64,000 bases of DNA from positions 248,001 through 312,000 of the forward strand of contig JBDOQK010000028.1 of the NCBI GenBank assembly GCA_040437565.1, in the 5' to 3' direction. The notes beneath the pieces were generated by a model. That model was not told the DNA's origin. It ran no database searches and saw only the letters and a program-made list of their open reading frames with translations. This DNA comes from Albugo candida (lineage: Eukaryota). The number at the start of each line of letters is the position of its first letter. Positions within the stretch are counted from its first letter, which is position 1. This document shows, piece by piece, positions 25,663-36,551 of the stretch. The translations under genes and the position numbers were made by a program.

Positions 25663-28600
25663 ATGACTAAAAGCAAGAAACGCAAGCGAGAAGCACACTC
25701 CAAGTCTCGTAACATGAAAAAAAATGCATATACGGTCAAGGATCCACCCGATTCATTAAACGAAGCTTTCTGCATGATGGTTCAGCGAAAATTTGACATC
25801 CTAAAGACGGATTCGAGCATTAGCAGTTTTTCCTTTGCAGCGACTCTCAACAACACGCAGCGTTGTTACATTCATACAAAAGCCAAAAAAAGTTTCCTTT
25901 TCACTAAAAGCACGGGCTCTGGCAGTGGCCGAAGACTCCATCTGTCTCGAGAGCTCATGAATGCAAAACAAGAAAAAATACAGCGACATCTACCTCCTCA
26001 GTTGATCAATCTTCACTTCCCGGAGAAATTGGGTCTGCTCTTATCGAAATATGAGCGAGAAATCGAAGCTGAATATGAAAGGTGTTGCGAAAAAGGCGGA
26101 CAGGAAAGTAAAAATGCGCTCGAGAGACTTCGCGCTGTGGCACCCAGACGTGTCAATTTCCGGCCGCTTCGTCCCTTGCAAAAAAAACGTAGTTCATCCC
26201 GTTCACAGGACGACAAGTCAGGAACACTCCCTGTTCACAAATACAAAAAGAAGATACTCAAATTGATCCATAGAAATCAAGTCGTTGTGATATCGGGTGA
26301 TACCGGATGTGGGAAATCGACACAGATACCGCAATTCGTGCTCGATGACGCCATTGCGTCTGGTACGGAATCTTCCACTCGTATCGTCTGCACACAACCT
26401 CGTCGTTTGAGCGCGATATCTTTGGCCGCCCGTGTTCGCCAGGAGAGAAATTGTACGACCAGCCAAGTCGGACACGCGGTTCGCTTCGAGGCGCATTATG
26501 ACGCGCGACACTCCAAATTGATTTTCTGTACAACTGGTACACTGTTGAAATGGCTCAATGGCGACCCTGAGGCTACCTCTTTTTCCCATCTCATTATCGA
26601 TGAAGCACATGAGCGCGATCGACTGGTGGATTTTGTTTTGATTCTGCTCAAAACTTCTATACTCGAGCACAATCGCAATCTGAAGGTGATCCTTATGAGC
26701 GCAACAATTGAAGAAAGCAAGTTTGCGACGTATTTCCAGCCGAAATTAGAGGTTCCAGTGTTCCGAATGGAGAATCAAAGATGTTTTCCAGTGGATATTT
26801 TTTTTCTCGAGGAAACATTACTTTTACTACAGACGACCTCGACGACCACTGCCGATCGTAACCGACCCCATAGTGGATGGAAATGCGCAAACTGCAGTCA
26901 GAGATTCAGCACGCCTCACGAATTTGGAACTCATGCAGCGTCCTGTTTTGATACCGGCCACGAATCACCAGCACCGCCTTCCGAGTCTATTTCCGTTGCT
27001 AAAAAAACTCCATTCACAGAGATGCTACGATCAGCTCAGCTCTGCTCGGACGTGGAAAAAGAACAAGCTAGTAAGAATTATTTCATGCATCGGGGCAAAG
27101 CGGAAGATAAGGGCGTTGATCACGATCTCATTTCACGACTAATTGCGTTCATTAATGAGCATGCGTCTCCTAGCGAGTCCATTCTCGTGTTTCTTCCTGG
27201 GTGGGACGATATTTGCTGCTTGGAGAGGGCATTGTATGGTGACGGATATGGATATGGATATGACGACCATCCAAAGCTTATGCTCGTGTTATTGCACTCA
27301 CGTCTATCGCCACAAGAGCAGCAACGCGCTTTCGAAATTCCAAAGACTTCTGAACGCAAAGTCATTTTGGCCACCAATATCGCAGAAACTAGTCTCACTA
27401 TTGAAGATGTGGTCTATGTGATCGATTCTGGAAAGTCAAAACAATCACACGCACTTGCTGTGTCCGCAGAATCTTCCTTTGTATCCGGTGTAGAAACGAC
27501 CTGGTGCTCTCAGGCAAATTGCGTCCAAAGAAGTGGACGTGCGGGTCGTGTTGGACCTGGAGTTTGTTTTCGAGTATTCACCAAGGCCCGATTCAATGGA
27601 ATGAACCAATCAATCGTACCGGAGATTCTCAACACTCCTCTAGAAGATCTATTGCTCGATACGATCCTGTCGAGATGGGAAGGAAAGCTACATTTCGGAT
27701 CGGTGACAAAGTGGTTTACTAATGCACTGGATCCACCCAGTAGCATTGCGATGGAAGCAGCCTTACAAAGGCTTACGGATATTGGAGCTCTCACTCCAGA
27801 ATACTTTGAATTGACACTTGTAGGCTGGTATCTGAGTCGTATGACACGATGCGGTTTGACCATCCCAGCAGCTCAGATGGTTCTTTGGGGACATTTTTTC
27901 GGGCATTATACGATGGCTATGCAGACAGCTTGTGTTGTAAGCGATTCCCGGGAGCCATTTATCTATTACGTTGGAATGCATCCTGATGACAGGCAACGTG
28001 TCCGATCCGCAAAATTTAGATTGATGTCTGAATGTAATGTCGACTCACCGCCCAAAATGATAGAAATGTACCCAAGTGATCACTACGTTTTCTACCAGGC
28101 TTTACTGCAATATGCAACAGTCCGAAATGGTCACGGATCTATGAATGTGATGCAGCTTTGTAAGCTCAACATGCTCAATCGTTCCGTGTTGGAACAAATC
28201 AACAATACATGCAGGAGTACCACCAACGATCTCGTTGATTTCGGTCTGTCCAGAAGCACACAATTTCGCAATGATTCTGCTCATCCATCAGAGCGTTTTA
28301 CAGCGTTCTTTGCAATACTTTGCCCATCACTTTATCCGAATTTATTGTCCCTGCAAGCGATAGGCAAATCTCGACGTTGGGCCTCACGAGATAATGTCAA
28401 AGTGGCTATGGATAACTCTTCTTGTGTGACTGCGCCGGTGCCTACTGCGCAACCTTCGATATATGGGCCGAATGTAGAAAGTATTTATTGGCTGATGTAC
28501 CAAGAAATGACCCAACACAAAGATGTTCGAACTGTGAAGCTCAATACGCGCCTTCCGTCTTTATTGGTTCTGTTACTAATGGGAAGAAAACTTGAAATCC

Positions 28601-28854
28601 GTCATAAAAAACAAGACGATACAAAGGCGATGCTGGTTCTCGATGAATGGATTCAATTCTCATTTCCAAAAAATGAGGCGAAACAGATTGTGTACATACG
28701 AAATCGAATTCACGCTGCTTTCTTCCGTCATTTACAGCGCTGTTGGCAACGCCATTCAGGTGAAAACAGCGACAATGAAGTTGGTCCACAGCCCGAAGAA
28801 GATAGGGAATTCATCGATGCTGTCTTCGAGTGGCTCGATGACGCTCTCTCTTGA
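25663..28854 (+). CDS. DEAH-box RNA helicase (DHX36/DHX57/YTHDC2-like) with N-terminal R3H
   Basis: LNNTQRCYIH (R3H), GDTGCGKSTQIPQF, CTQPRRLSAISLA, IIDEAHER, LMSAT, ILVFLPGW, ILATNIAETSLTI, QRSGRAGRV. Confidence 0.92.
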   Translation: MTKSKKRKREAHSKSRNMKKNAYTVKDPPDSLNEAFCMMVQRKFDILKTDSSISSFSFAATLNNTQRCYIHTKAKKSFLFTKSTGSGSGRRLHLSRELMNAKQEKIQRHLPPQLINLHFPEKLGLLLSKYEREIEAEYERCCEKGGQESKNALERLRAVAPRRVNFRPLRPLQKKRSSSRSQDDKSGTLPVHKYKKKILKLIHRNQVVVISGDTGCGKSTQIPQFVLDDAIASGTESSTRIVCTQPRRLSAISLAARVRQERNCTTSQVGHAVRFEAHYDARHSKLIFCTTGTLLKWLNGDPEATSFSHLIIDEAHERDRLVDFVLILLKTSILEHNRNLKVILMSATIEESKFATYFQPKLEVPVFRMENQRCFPVDIFFLEETLLLLQTTSTTTADRNRPHSGWKCANCSQRFSTPHEFGTHAASCFDTGHESPAPPSESISVAKKTPFTEMLRSAQLCSDVEKEQASKNYFMHRGKAEDKGVDHDLISRLIAFINEHASPSESILVFLPGWDDICCLERALYGDGYGYGYDDHPKLMLVLLHSRLSPQEQQRAFEIPKTSERKVILATNIAETSLTIEDVVYVIDSGKSKQSHALAVSAESSFVSGVETTWCSQANCVQRSGRAGRVGPGVCFRVFTKARFNGMNQSIVPEILNTPLEDLLLDTILSRWEGKLHFGSVTKWFTNALDPPSSIAMEAALQRLTDIGALTPEYFELTLVGWYLSRMTRCGLTIPAAQMVLWGHFFGHYTMAMQTACVVSDSREPFIYYVGMHPDDRQRVRSAKFRLMSECNVDSPPKMIEMYPSDHYVFYQALLQYATVRNGHGSMNVMQLCKLNMLNRSVLEQINNTCRSTTNDLVDFGLSRSTQFRNDSAHPSERFTAFFAILCPSLYPNLLSLQAIGKSRRWASRDNVKVAMDNSSCVTAPVPTAQPSIYGPNVESIYWLMYQEMTQHKDVRTVKLNTRLPSLLVLLLMGRKLEIRHKKQDDTKAMLVLDEWIQFSFPKNEAKQIVYIRNRIHAAFFRHLQRCWQRHSGENSDNEVGPQPEEDREFIDAVFEWLDDALS

Positions 28855-28976
28855 GGACGTGCATCCTCTATAGATAGCAATGATCGCCTCTGTAGCTTGT
28901 AACTGATTTTACGCTAATACAACGACATTTAGAAGGTTGTCTTGAACGTGTGCTACCACTGAATGAAGCTTATCCG

Positions 28977-31900
28977 ATGGAAAAAACTGTGAATGAGAAT
29001 GACCCCAATGATAAATGGGCGGACCCAGTACTACACAAAAAACAAATCAAGTCGAGCACAGTAGCCAGCAAGCATTCGCGTATCTATCCTACTAATGAAC
29101 CATCAGCCTCGAGCTTGAAACCTTTGCGAAGCTTTGGTCCAATGGCTCAGCTCTCCTTACGGTCTTTATCGACCGCTGCATCTCCATCGCAACCTGTCTT
29201 CCTCGATGGAGATTTAAATCATTCAAAGTCCATTTATGCGACTTTTTTGAATCTGTTTGCGCGACTTCCTGTAGTCGAACCAAATTGCTCAGGAAAAGTG
29301 GCTTGGGATTCGTTTTTGATGCTTCTTGTCGTCTATAGCGCTCTTATTGTACCAGTGGAAATAGGCTTTCCTCAATTTCGAGAGTTTGAGCATTGGGATA
29401 TCGTTTCTATTGTGATGGATGTCATTTATTTCGTCGATATGTTGCACCATTTCTTTGTGGGCTACTATGTAAATGAAGAAGAAGCGATGATACGAAGCCA
29501 TGCGGATATTGCAAAGCGGTATGCAATGACCTGGCTTCTGCCAGATGCGCTGGCAGCGCTACCGAGCGAAATTCTTGTGGACAGGTCTCGCTCGGTTAAA
29601 GATCAATCGGTGCTAACATTGAAGCTTACTCGGCTACTGCGGTTCATTCGTATTGCTAAACTGGTGCGACTTATCAAACTGCCACAATTCGCCTTGAAAA
29701 TTGAAAATGTGCTGGATATGAATGCTGTTTTCGTTCGTCTCGCTGGTGTGCTGTGCAAAGTCTTGCTGGTCACGCATCTGCTTGCATGCTTTTGGCATTT
29801 GATCGGGTATTCTGACGAACCATCCACGATCACTTGGATTTCCGCAGCTGGGCTAACTGAGTATGACGTGCGGACACGATATATCTACGCCTACTACTGG
29901 GTCGTCACAACGCTCGCCGGAGTGGGTTATGGCGATATCCATGCAGTAACTACGCAGGAAAGACTCTACTCAATCGTGACGGAAATGATGGGAGCTGGTG
30001 GCTTTGGTGTTTTGATACGCAGTGTATCGAAAATCTTTGAAAGCTGGCATCGAGAGTCGACATTCCGAATGCAAAAACTGAGTTCAGCACAAGCATTTCT
30101 TGCAAAGAAACGGTTGCCGAAATCGCTACAAAAAAGTCTCAATCGATATCTTCGTCATTTTATTGCAAAAACGAGCCCTTTTGATGAGAAAGAACTCTTA
30201 CATGAGTTCTCACTCTCATTACGGGAAGAAATCTTGCAAGAAACGTACAAAAAGACTTTTTTCCGGATTCCTGTTTTTCAACGTGTGGATCCACAGCTTG
30301 TGATGGATCTGGCTATGTACATCAAGCCATTGATTGCAGTTCATGGCGATGTGCTGGCAAAAGAGGATTCCGTCGGGACCGAGTTGTTCATAATAAACAA
30401 AGGACTAATTGAAGTCCAACGGCGGGCGGTGAAGACCTCTTGGATTGTTGTTTTGGAAATTTTATCGTCACAAAATATCTTTGGGGAGGCTTGTCTTCTC
30501 AATTATACGTTGCAGCAGAATTCGTATACCGCCAAGGACTATTGTGACTTGTACTCTTTATCTCGTGAGGATTTCATTCGTCTTTTGGATGATTATCCCG
30601 AAGCAGAATCCGTACTAATGGCTTTTCATGAAGAGAGAAACGCGCTTTATGAGCAGGTGTTTCAGCAAACTCTGGCTCGATATGAGGTCTATCTTGCTAC
30701 AAAAAACTCGGAAGATTCCATGGCTAGCGTTGAAAATCTCTATCCTTCACTAAAGGTGCTATTTGACGGCGTTTTGACACCATATCGCTCGATCCCGGTC
30801 GATATTCTAAAAAATATGACGTTAGAAATCTCAATGGGAGTGTCCGTATTCAATTCCGCACGAGAGAAAAAAAAGATGATTGGAATTTTGGCCGATCAAA
30901 GTAAGATTTATTATTGGACGTTCCTGCGTCGGTGCCTTATCCGGCCAATTCATCCTCACCATCCGTGTAAATTCGCATGGGATGCATGTGTTATATTACT
31001 GCTTTTGTACCTCGGCTTCTCCATTCCGTACGAACTCACTTTTGTCATGCAAGATAACCTCGCGGCCTCATCCCCCACTCGCACTGGTGAGCTTCTAACA
31101 GAAGGTTTCTTCTTACTTGATTTGATTATCTCTGCTCGAACGGCTTATTTCAATGTCAATGGTGATATGGTGACAAATAATCGGTCTGTTCTGATTCATT
31201 ACTTCAAAAGCTGGTTTTGGCTTGATTTCTTGTCGGTGCTTCCACTCACGCATATCGTATCAGCCCTTTTGGAAAATTATTCCATCTCAAGTACCATTCA
31301 ATTCATTCGAGGTATACGTTTATTTAAGCTGATTCGCTTGCTCAAATTGATGCAAAGCAGAAATCAGATACAGATGATGACCATGTCACGACATCCGGCC
31401 ACGCAAATCTTCCTTCTCATATTCAAAGTACTATACATATCTCATTTCTTAAGCTGCGGGTATTATTTCGTCTCCAGTTACTCGATGGATTACTATGAGA
31501 AAACAATTTTGTCAGAAATTCCGAAGTCGTATACAGCTTCTGAGACGTATATTTACTTTATGTATTGGGCCATCACGACAATGACCACAGTTGGGTATGG
31601 TGACACCCCTCCTGGTAATCCGATGGAGATCGTTTTTGTTACTGTAGCAGTTTATATCGGCGTCTTTACTTTGATGTATGCAATCGGAACGCTTGGGAGC
31701 TTTGTGGATGAGATGCAAATGAGTGCTGATATGACACGAAAACGAATCTATCGGCTGAAAGCGTATTTGAAGGAACGCAAATTATCTAAACCTCTCGCTG
31801 CCCGGCTACTCCGATATTATGAGTACTACATTTCACACTATGACATGAAGGATGGAGAGGAGATTTTTTCTGCGCTTTCCGATAATCTACGGGCTCAATT

Positions 31901-32723
31901 GATTTTACATATGAATCGGGATGTTGTGAGTAAGATTACCTTCTTTGCATCACAAGATGACGCTTGCGTGAGCTATTTGATCTCAGTTTTGACGCAGGAA
32001 TATTGCACCCCACACGAGTTCGTGTTTAAGCAAGGACAAGTGGGACGTCATATGTATTTCCTCGTGAAAGGAACCGCTGAAATCATGTTTCACGCCGGTA
32101 CCCCAAAAGAGATGGTCGTAGCGACAATCTTGGAAGGGAGCTATTTTGGTGAGATTGCAATGCTAACAACTTCTAGAAGAGCTGCAAGCATTCGCGCAAA
32201 AACGTTTATCAGTCTGTTTGTGTTGAGTCGCACAGGATTGGATCGCATCGCGTTGCATTACCCAGAAATGGCTCAAAGTATCATCCAGGAATTCCGAAAT
32301 AAAATTGTGCAAATCAAAGAAAGTAATCAATCTCGAAAGACTGCTCCTTCGGTTCGAACAGATATACGAGCGTTGGCACTAAACGAACCAAATTCGCTTC
32401 CAGGAAAGAAAAGCGCCGGTATTTTGCAAGACAATCTTTTGGAAATAGAAGGAATGGTGGATAAGATTGTTGAAATGTTTGGTGGTGGAAAAAAAGGAAA
32501 GCGAAAAGCCTTAGAACGCGTGTTGCAGCATTTGCGAAACAAATATGAGTTTTCTTTAGACGATTTTCTTGCAGTTGCTGAAGATGCAGCTTACTTTGCG
32601 CCTGAAGCATCGGGTGTGAAAGCGATTTATAACGTACATATCGTCAGCCAGCTTCAGCGAAATTTCAAACGTCGCAGATCATCATGCACTCCTCGAAATA
32701 ATGGACACGAGCTCGTTACGTGA
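28977..32723 (+). CDS. Cyclic-nucleotide-regulated K+ channel with two tandem 6TM-pore-CNBD repeats
   Basis: Two S4 segments (LKLTRLLRFIRIAKLVRL; IRGIRLFKLIRLLKL), two pore loops (TTLAGVGYGD; TTMTTVGYGD) and two C-linker/CNBDs (FGEACLL; FGEIAML) in one intronless ORF. Confidence 0.92.
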   Translation: MEKTVNENDPNDKWADPVLHKKQIKSSTVASKHSRIYPTNEPSASSLKPLRSFGPMAQLSLRSLSTAASPSQPVFLDGDLNHSKSIYATFLNLFARLPVVEPNCSGKVAWDSFLMLLVVYSALIVPVEIGFPQFREFEHWDIVSIVMDVIYFVDMLHHFFVGYYVNEEEAMIRSHADIAKRYAMTWLLPDALAALPSEILVDRSRSVKDQSVLTLKLTRLLRFIRIAKLVRLIKLPQFALKIENVLDMNAVFVRLAGVLCKVLLVTHLLACFWHLIGYSDEPSTITWISAAGLTEYDVRTRYIYAYYWVVTTLAGVGYGDIHAVTTQERLYSIVTEMMGAGGFGVLIRSVSKIFESWHRESTFRMQKLSSAQAFLAKKRLPKSLQKSLNRYLRHFIAKTSPFDEKELLHEFSLSLREEILQETYKKTFFRIPVFQRVDPQLVMDLAMYIKPLIAVHGDVLAKEDSVGTELFIINKGLIEVQRRAVKTSWIVVLEILSSQNIFGEACLLNYTLQQNSYTAKDYCDLYSLSREDFIRLLDDYPEAESVLMAFHEERNALYEQVFQQTLARYEVYLATKNSEDSMASVENLYPSLKVLFDGVLTPYRSIPVDILKNMTLEISMGVSVFNSAREKKKMIGILADQSKIYYWTFLRRCLIRPIHPHHPCKFAWDACVILLLLYLGFSIPYELTFVMQDNLAASSPTRTGELLTEGFFLLDLIISARTAYFNVNGDMVTNNRSVLIHYFKSWFWLDFLSVLPLTHIVSALLENYSISSTIQFIRGIRLFKLIRLLKLMQSRNQIQMMTMSRHPATQIFLLIFKVLYISHFLSCGYYFVSSYSMDYYEKTILSEIPKSYTASETYIYFMYWAITTMTTVGYGDTPPGNPMEIVFVTVAVYIGVFTLMYAIGTLGSFVDEMQMSADMTRKRIYRLKAYLKERKLSKPLAARLLRYYEYYISHYDMKDGEEIFSALSDNLRAQLILHMNRDVVSKITFFASQDDACVSYLISVLTQEYCTPHEFVFKQGQVGRHMYFLVKGTAEIMFHAGTPKEMVVATILEGSYFGEIAMLTTSRRAASIRAKTFISLFVLSRTGLDRIALHYPEMAQSIIQEFRNKIVQIKESNQSRKTAPSVRTDIRALALNEPNSLPGKKSAGILQDNLLEIEGMVDKIVEMFGGGKKGKRKALERVLQHLRNKYEFSLDDFLAVAEDAAYFAPEASGVKAIYNVHIVSQLQRNFKRRRSSCTPRNNGHELVT

Positions 32724-32874
32724 CCGAGCTGTTAGGAAAACTTAACCGGTCCACTCTAGTATCGGTTGCGGACCAGTGAACATCGTTGTTTTCTTTTTTG
32801 GCTTTTGCGATGGTGATCAAGTAAGATTGCCCATTGATTCTTGAGGTGTATAAAAGTCTAATGGACAATGTCTG

Positions 32875-33510
32875 ATGGATAGAACTGAAACATGCGCATT
32901 CAGCGAAAGCAAAGTGTACCCAGGTCACGGTTCGCGTTACATTCGACGAGATGGATCATCCTACATTTTCATTAATGCCAAGAGTAAGAGTCTATTTTTA
33001 CAAAAGAAAAAAGCGGCCAAAATTTTATGGACCCATTGCTGGCGCCGTAAAAACAAGAAAATTAAGGTAGATACATCTCCTTGAAGCAAACTAGACCAGA
33101 TCTGACACTTTTGAAATCAGGCTGAAGAAGTAACTCGCCGACGCGCAAGAAAAACAGCTCGCGTGCAACGTGCGATTGTTGGCATCTCAGCTGAAGAGGT
33201 ATGCCACTAGTTGCCTTATTTCTTTCTCCTTTTATCAGAAACTCTAGAGTATATATGATTTAGATTCGCAAGAAGAGAAATCAAAAGCCTCAAGTTCGTG
33301 CTGCCGCACGTGAAGCTGCACTACGGTAATAAATACAATTTGATTATGCAACGAAACTCACCAACGAAAATATGGTTTTGTAGTGAAGCAAAAGAACGCA
33401 GTAAAACCAAGAAAGCAGTCACCAAGCCTGAAGGAGCAAAGAAGATGCTTGCCCAAAAATCTGCCGCACCAAGAGCGAATAAAAAGACGGGCAATCGCGG
33501 CGCAATTTAG
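32875..33510 (+). CDS. RPL24: 60S ribosomal protein L24 (eL24), 4 exons
   Basis: CAFSESKVYPGHGSRYIRRDG..WTHCWRRKNKK, RVQRAIVGISAEEIRKKRNQKPQVRAAAREAAL, and a Lys/Ala-rich tail. Confidence 0.93.
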
Positions 33511-33737
33511 GAATACAGAGTGATTCTAGAATATAACGCATGTCGCAATGCCAAATAAATGAAGACTGATATGCTTCACGTTGTTGCTTTACACATGCAT
33601 AAGAACACTAATGTGCACTTCTGAGCATCAGAAGTCCATACAACAAATCTCGTACCGCGGACTTTACCGCAACATAGCGAATTTATTGAAAGTGCGCATT
33701 TGTTATCATTTCCTTACAGCAGCAATTATCGGCGCAT

Positions 33738-35249
33738 ATGACATTATCCGCTATAATACTAGCTGAATGCTCAGACTGGGCACGACTAGCCGCTCTTATA
33801 CAAGAAGATCCTTCAAAAGCGCAGGAAATCGATGATTTTGGCATGATGCCATTGCATTGGACATGCACAGATCGCGATACACCACCTCATGTCACCCAAA
33901 TACTGATCGATGCGTACTCGGACGCGCTCTGTATCACAAATAAAGGAGGTCTCATTCCGCTTCATATAGCTGTAAAGGCAAATGGACATTTTGAGAATTT
34001 GAAGCTGCTTGTGACTGCCAATGATCTCACTATCTGTCAAGAAACTTTAGCAGGAGAGACTCCAGCGGAATTAGCCAGTTTATCGAAAGCAACACCACAA
34101 GTACTGAATTATCTCTTAAAAGCGGAAAATGAAGTACGGAGTCTTGGAAAGGCTCCACCTCGTCAGTCCAAATTTAATTTTGATCCAGTGGAAACTATCG
34201 ACAGCACCTTCAGTCGAATAATGAGCCAGTCTGATCTATTTTCGGGACAATTCCCGCCCTGCTGGAAGTTAGATAAAAGATGCAAAATCTGCCTTCTGAA
34301 GTTCAGTTATTTCAAAAGTCGGCATCACTGTCGAAATTGCGGTGAATCGGTATGTAACACGCATTCAAATAAGCGAATTCCGCTGCAGCGAATCGGTCTG
34401 GTATCCCCACAACGTGTATGCATCCTTTGTTACGATAATCTTCGTACCGATGAACAACCTTCAGCCGTTGTCAACATATTTGCCAATCGAAATACGAATG
34501 GACCAAGTGAAATGATCTCATCCGATGAACCACTCTCCAATCCGCGTCCGCGATCCCAAACATCAAATTCGGCTGATACCTATGGTGACATGAAGCAACA
34601 AGTCAGAGAGTTGGAATCGCACGTCAAAGAGCTGATTGAGTGCAAGGAAAAAATCCAAAATGCTGTTGAAGAGAGCAATCGGAAAATTCGTCATGCGATC
34701 GAAGCAAGACGGCTGCATGAATGCAACGTCACTCAGATGCAAAATGACACTGAAATTGATATAAATCGAGTTCTCTATATTGATGACACCGAAGAAAAAA
34801 TGTATGGTAGCGATGAGGAAGATTCAAATACTACCAACGATGGAGAAAGAATTTCATACCCCACGCAAGGATTCGATAGTACAGACATCGCACATACTTG
34901 CAATCTGCTCGGGCTTGCCCACTATGAGAAGGGCGAATTTGTGAGTGCAATTCTTGAATTTCGCAAGTCTATATCGCTGAGTGGAAAGAACGCCGATGTA
35001 TGGTTCAACCTCGCCAGAGTCTTATATGAGACAAAAGAACTTGAAGATGCTGAAAGTGCTGTACAAAAAGCCCTTACTTTTGATCGATCATCCTATTTGG
35101 CTCTTTCACTTCTAGGAAAAATCCTGCATGCGCGTGGTGACCACGATCGATCTATTGCGACGTTCCGTGATGCATTGGGTCTGATCAATGCCGGTCAAGA
35201 TTTTGATAGTGAAGGTGAGGATGTTGGGTCCACTACAGTCGGATGGTAG
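33738..35249 (+). CDS. Ankyrin-repeat + FYVE zinc finger + coiled coil + TPR protein
   Basis: GMMPLHW/GLIPLHIAV/GETPAELA (ANK). WKLD..CKIC..RHHCRNCG..VC..RVCILC (FYVE). LGLAHYEKGEF/VWFNLARVLY/LLGKILHARG (TPR). Confidence 0.88.
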   Translation: MTLSAIILAECSDWARLAALIQEDPSKAQEIDDFGMMPLHWTCTDRDTPPHVTQILIDAYSDALCITNKGGLIPLHIAVKANGHFENLKLLVTANDLTICQETLAGETPAELASLSKATPQVLNYLLKAENEVRSLGKAPPRQSKFNFDPVETIDSTFSRIMSQSDLFSGQFPPCWKLDKRCKICLLKFSYFKSRHHCRNCGESVCNTHSNKRIPLQRIGLVSPQRVCILCYDNLRTDEQPSAVVNIFANRNTNGPSEMISSDEPLSNPRPRSQTSNSADTYGDMKQQVRELESHVKELIECKEKIQNAVEESNRKIRHAIEARRLHECNVTQMQNDTEIDINRVLYIDDTEEKMYGSDEEDSNTTNDGERISYPTQGFDSTDIAHTCNLLGLAHYEKGEFVSAILEFRKSISLSGKNADVWFNLARVLYETKELEDAESAVQKALTFDRSSYLALSLLGKILHARGDHDRSIATFRDALGLINAGQDFDSEGEDVGSTTVGW

Positions 35250-35687
35250 AGGTAAGGTAGCCAGCATCTGACCACTTAAATCGAAAAACGCATGTAGAAG
35301 AAAGCATGCAGAATAAATGTGAATACATGATAGAATTGTAAGATATCGACAACTGCCTTATACTTAAATGCCTCAGCATATGATGAAGCTTGTTGCATCG
35401 AGGTGGTTGGACACTTAAGAGGAGAACCACATGGCAGAGCCAACTGCAAACGCACATTTTATCGCGATATGTGTCAGAATCTGATTAAATCAATTAGGCT
35501 TGATACCCTTTCCGCTCTGTAGAGATGAATGCCCTCGATGAGTAGCAATCTCGCGTGATNNNNNNNNNNNNNNNNNNNNNNNNNNNNNNNNNNNNNNNNN
35601 NNNNNNNNNNNNNNNNNNNNNNNNNNNNNNNNNNNNNNNNNNNNNNNNNNNNNNNNNNNGCGCTGCCTATACTTTATTTTTTTCACG

Positions 35688-36551
35688 ATGCTACCAACAA
35701 GGACTTTGGCACACAATAATGTGCGCTATGTTTGGCTAAAGAAACTTATTTTTCTTCTCTTATGCGTCACGTTCACCGCATACTTGACATCCGTCCATCT
35801 GTACATGAATCTTCCAGAAAATGACACTGTGATTACTTCAAATCCAATTTCAGCTGACGATAGTCACAAAATGCTCAGTACCGAGCCAAAATTGAATGAA
35901 ACAAGTCACACATGGGAAAGAAAGTCGTTTCGAGATTATGTGTGGATGGAAATTGCTATCGACGATGTTATAATCGGCCGAATCACCGCCGAGGTATGAA
36001 TTGGACCCTCAATTTTTGATGGACTAAGTGCTTTGTAGCTTTTCACAGATTTAGTACCGAAAACAGCAAAGAATTTCAAATTATTGACAACGGGGGAAAT
36101 GGGCTCCAACTTCTCCTACAGCAACAGCAAATGCCATCGAATTTTGAAGGGATTTATCGTCCAATGTGGAGATTTCACGGAAGGTAACGGATATGGCGGT
36201 CGAAGTATATACGGCTCGAAATTCGGTTTGTACTGTGCTATTTTTTTTTTATGCTTCCACCTATCTGATTATTATTTGTGATGCGTAGATGATGAACCGA
36301 ATGGGTTGCGCTTGAAGCACTCGAAAAGATATGTCCTCCAGATGGCGAATTCAGGAGCGAATACTAACGGAAGTCAATTTTGTATCATGCTCGGACCTGC
36401 ACCTCACCTGAATGGAAAACATGTTGTTTTTGGAGAAATTATTGATGGTTTTGAAGTTGTAGATAAAATGGAGGCTGCCGGGGTTGATTACGATGGAGAT
36501 CCTACATCTCACACGGTCAAAATCCTTAGAGGTGGCCAAGTAGAAATATAA
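35688..36551 (+). CDS. Cyclophilin-type peptidyl-prolyl isomerase with an N-terminal hydrophobic anchor, 3 exons
   Basis: [16 protein letters not shown] (TM), [66 protein letters not shown]. Confidence 0.9.

Noticed and set aside
27244..27261. GGATAT x3 microsatellite encoding GYGYGY in the helicase
   Set aside because: It is a short in-frame repeat in a variable loop with no evidence of function.
1851..35249. Possible functional cluster of phosphoinositide-binding genes (two PX, one FYVE)
   Set aside because: They are separated by unrelated housekeeping genes and belong to large families, so chance co-location is sufficient.
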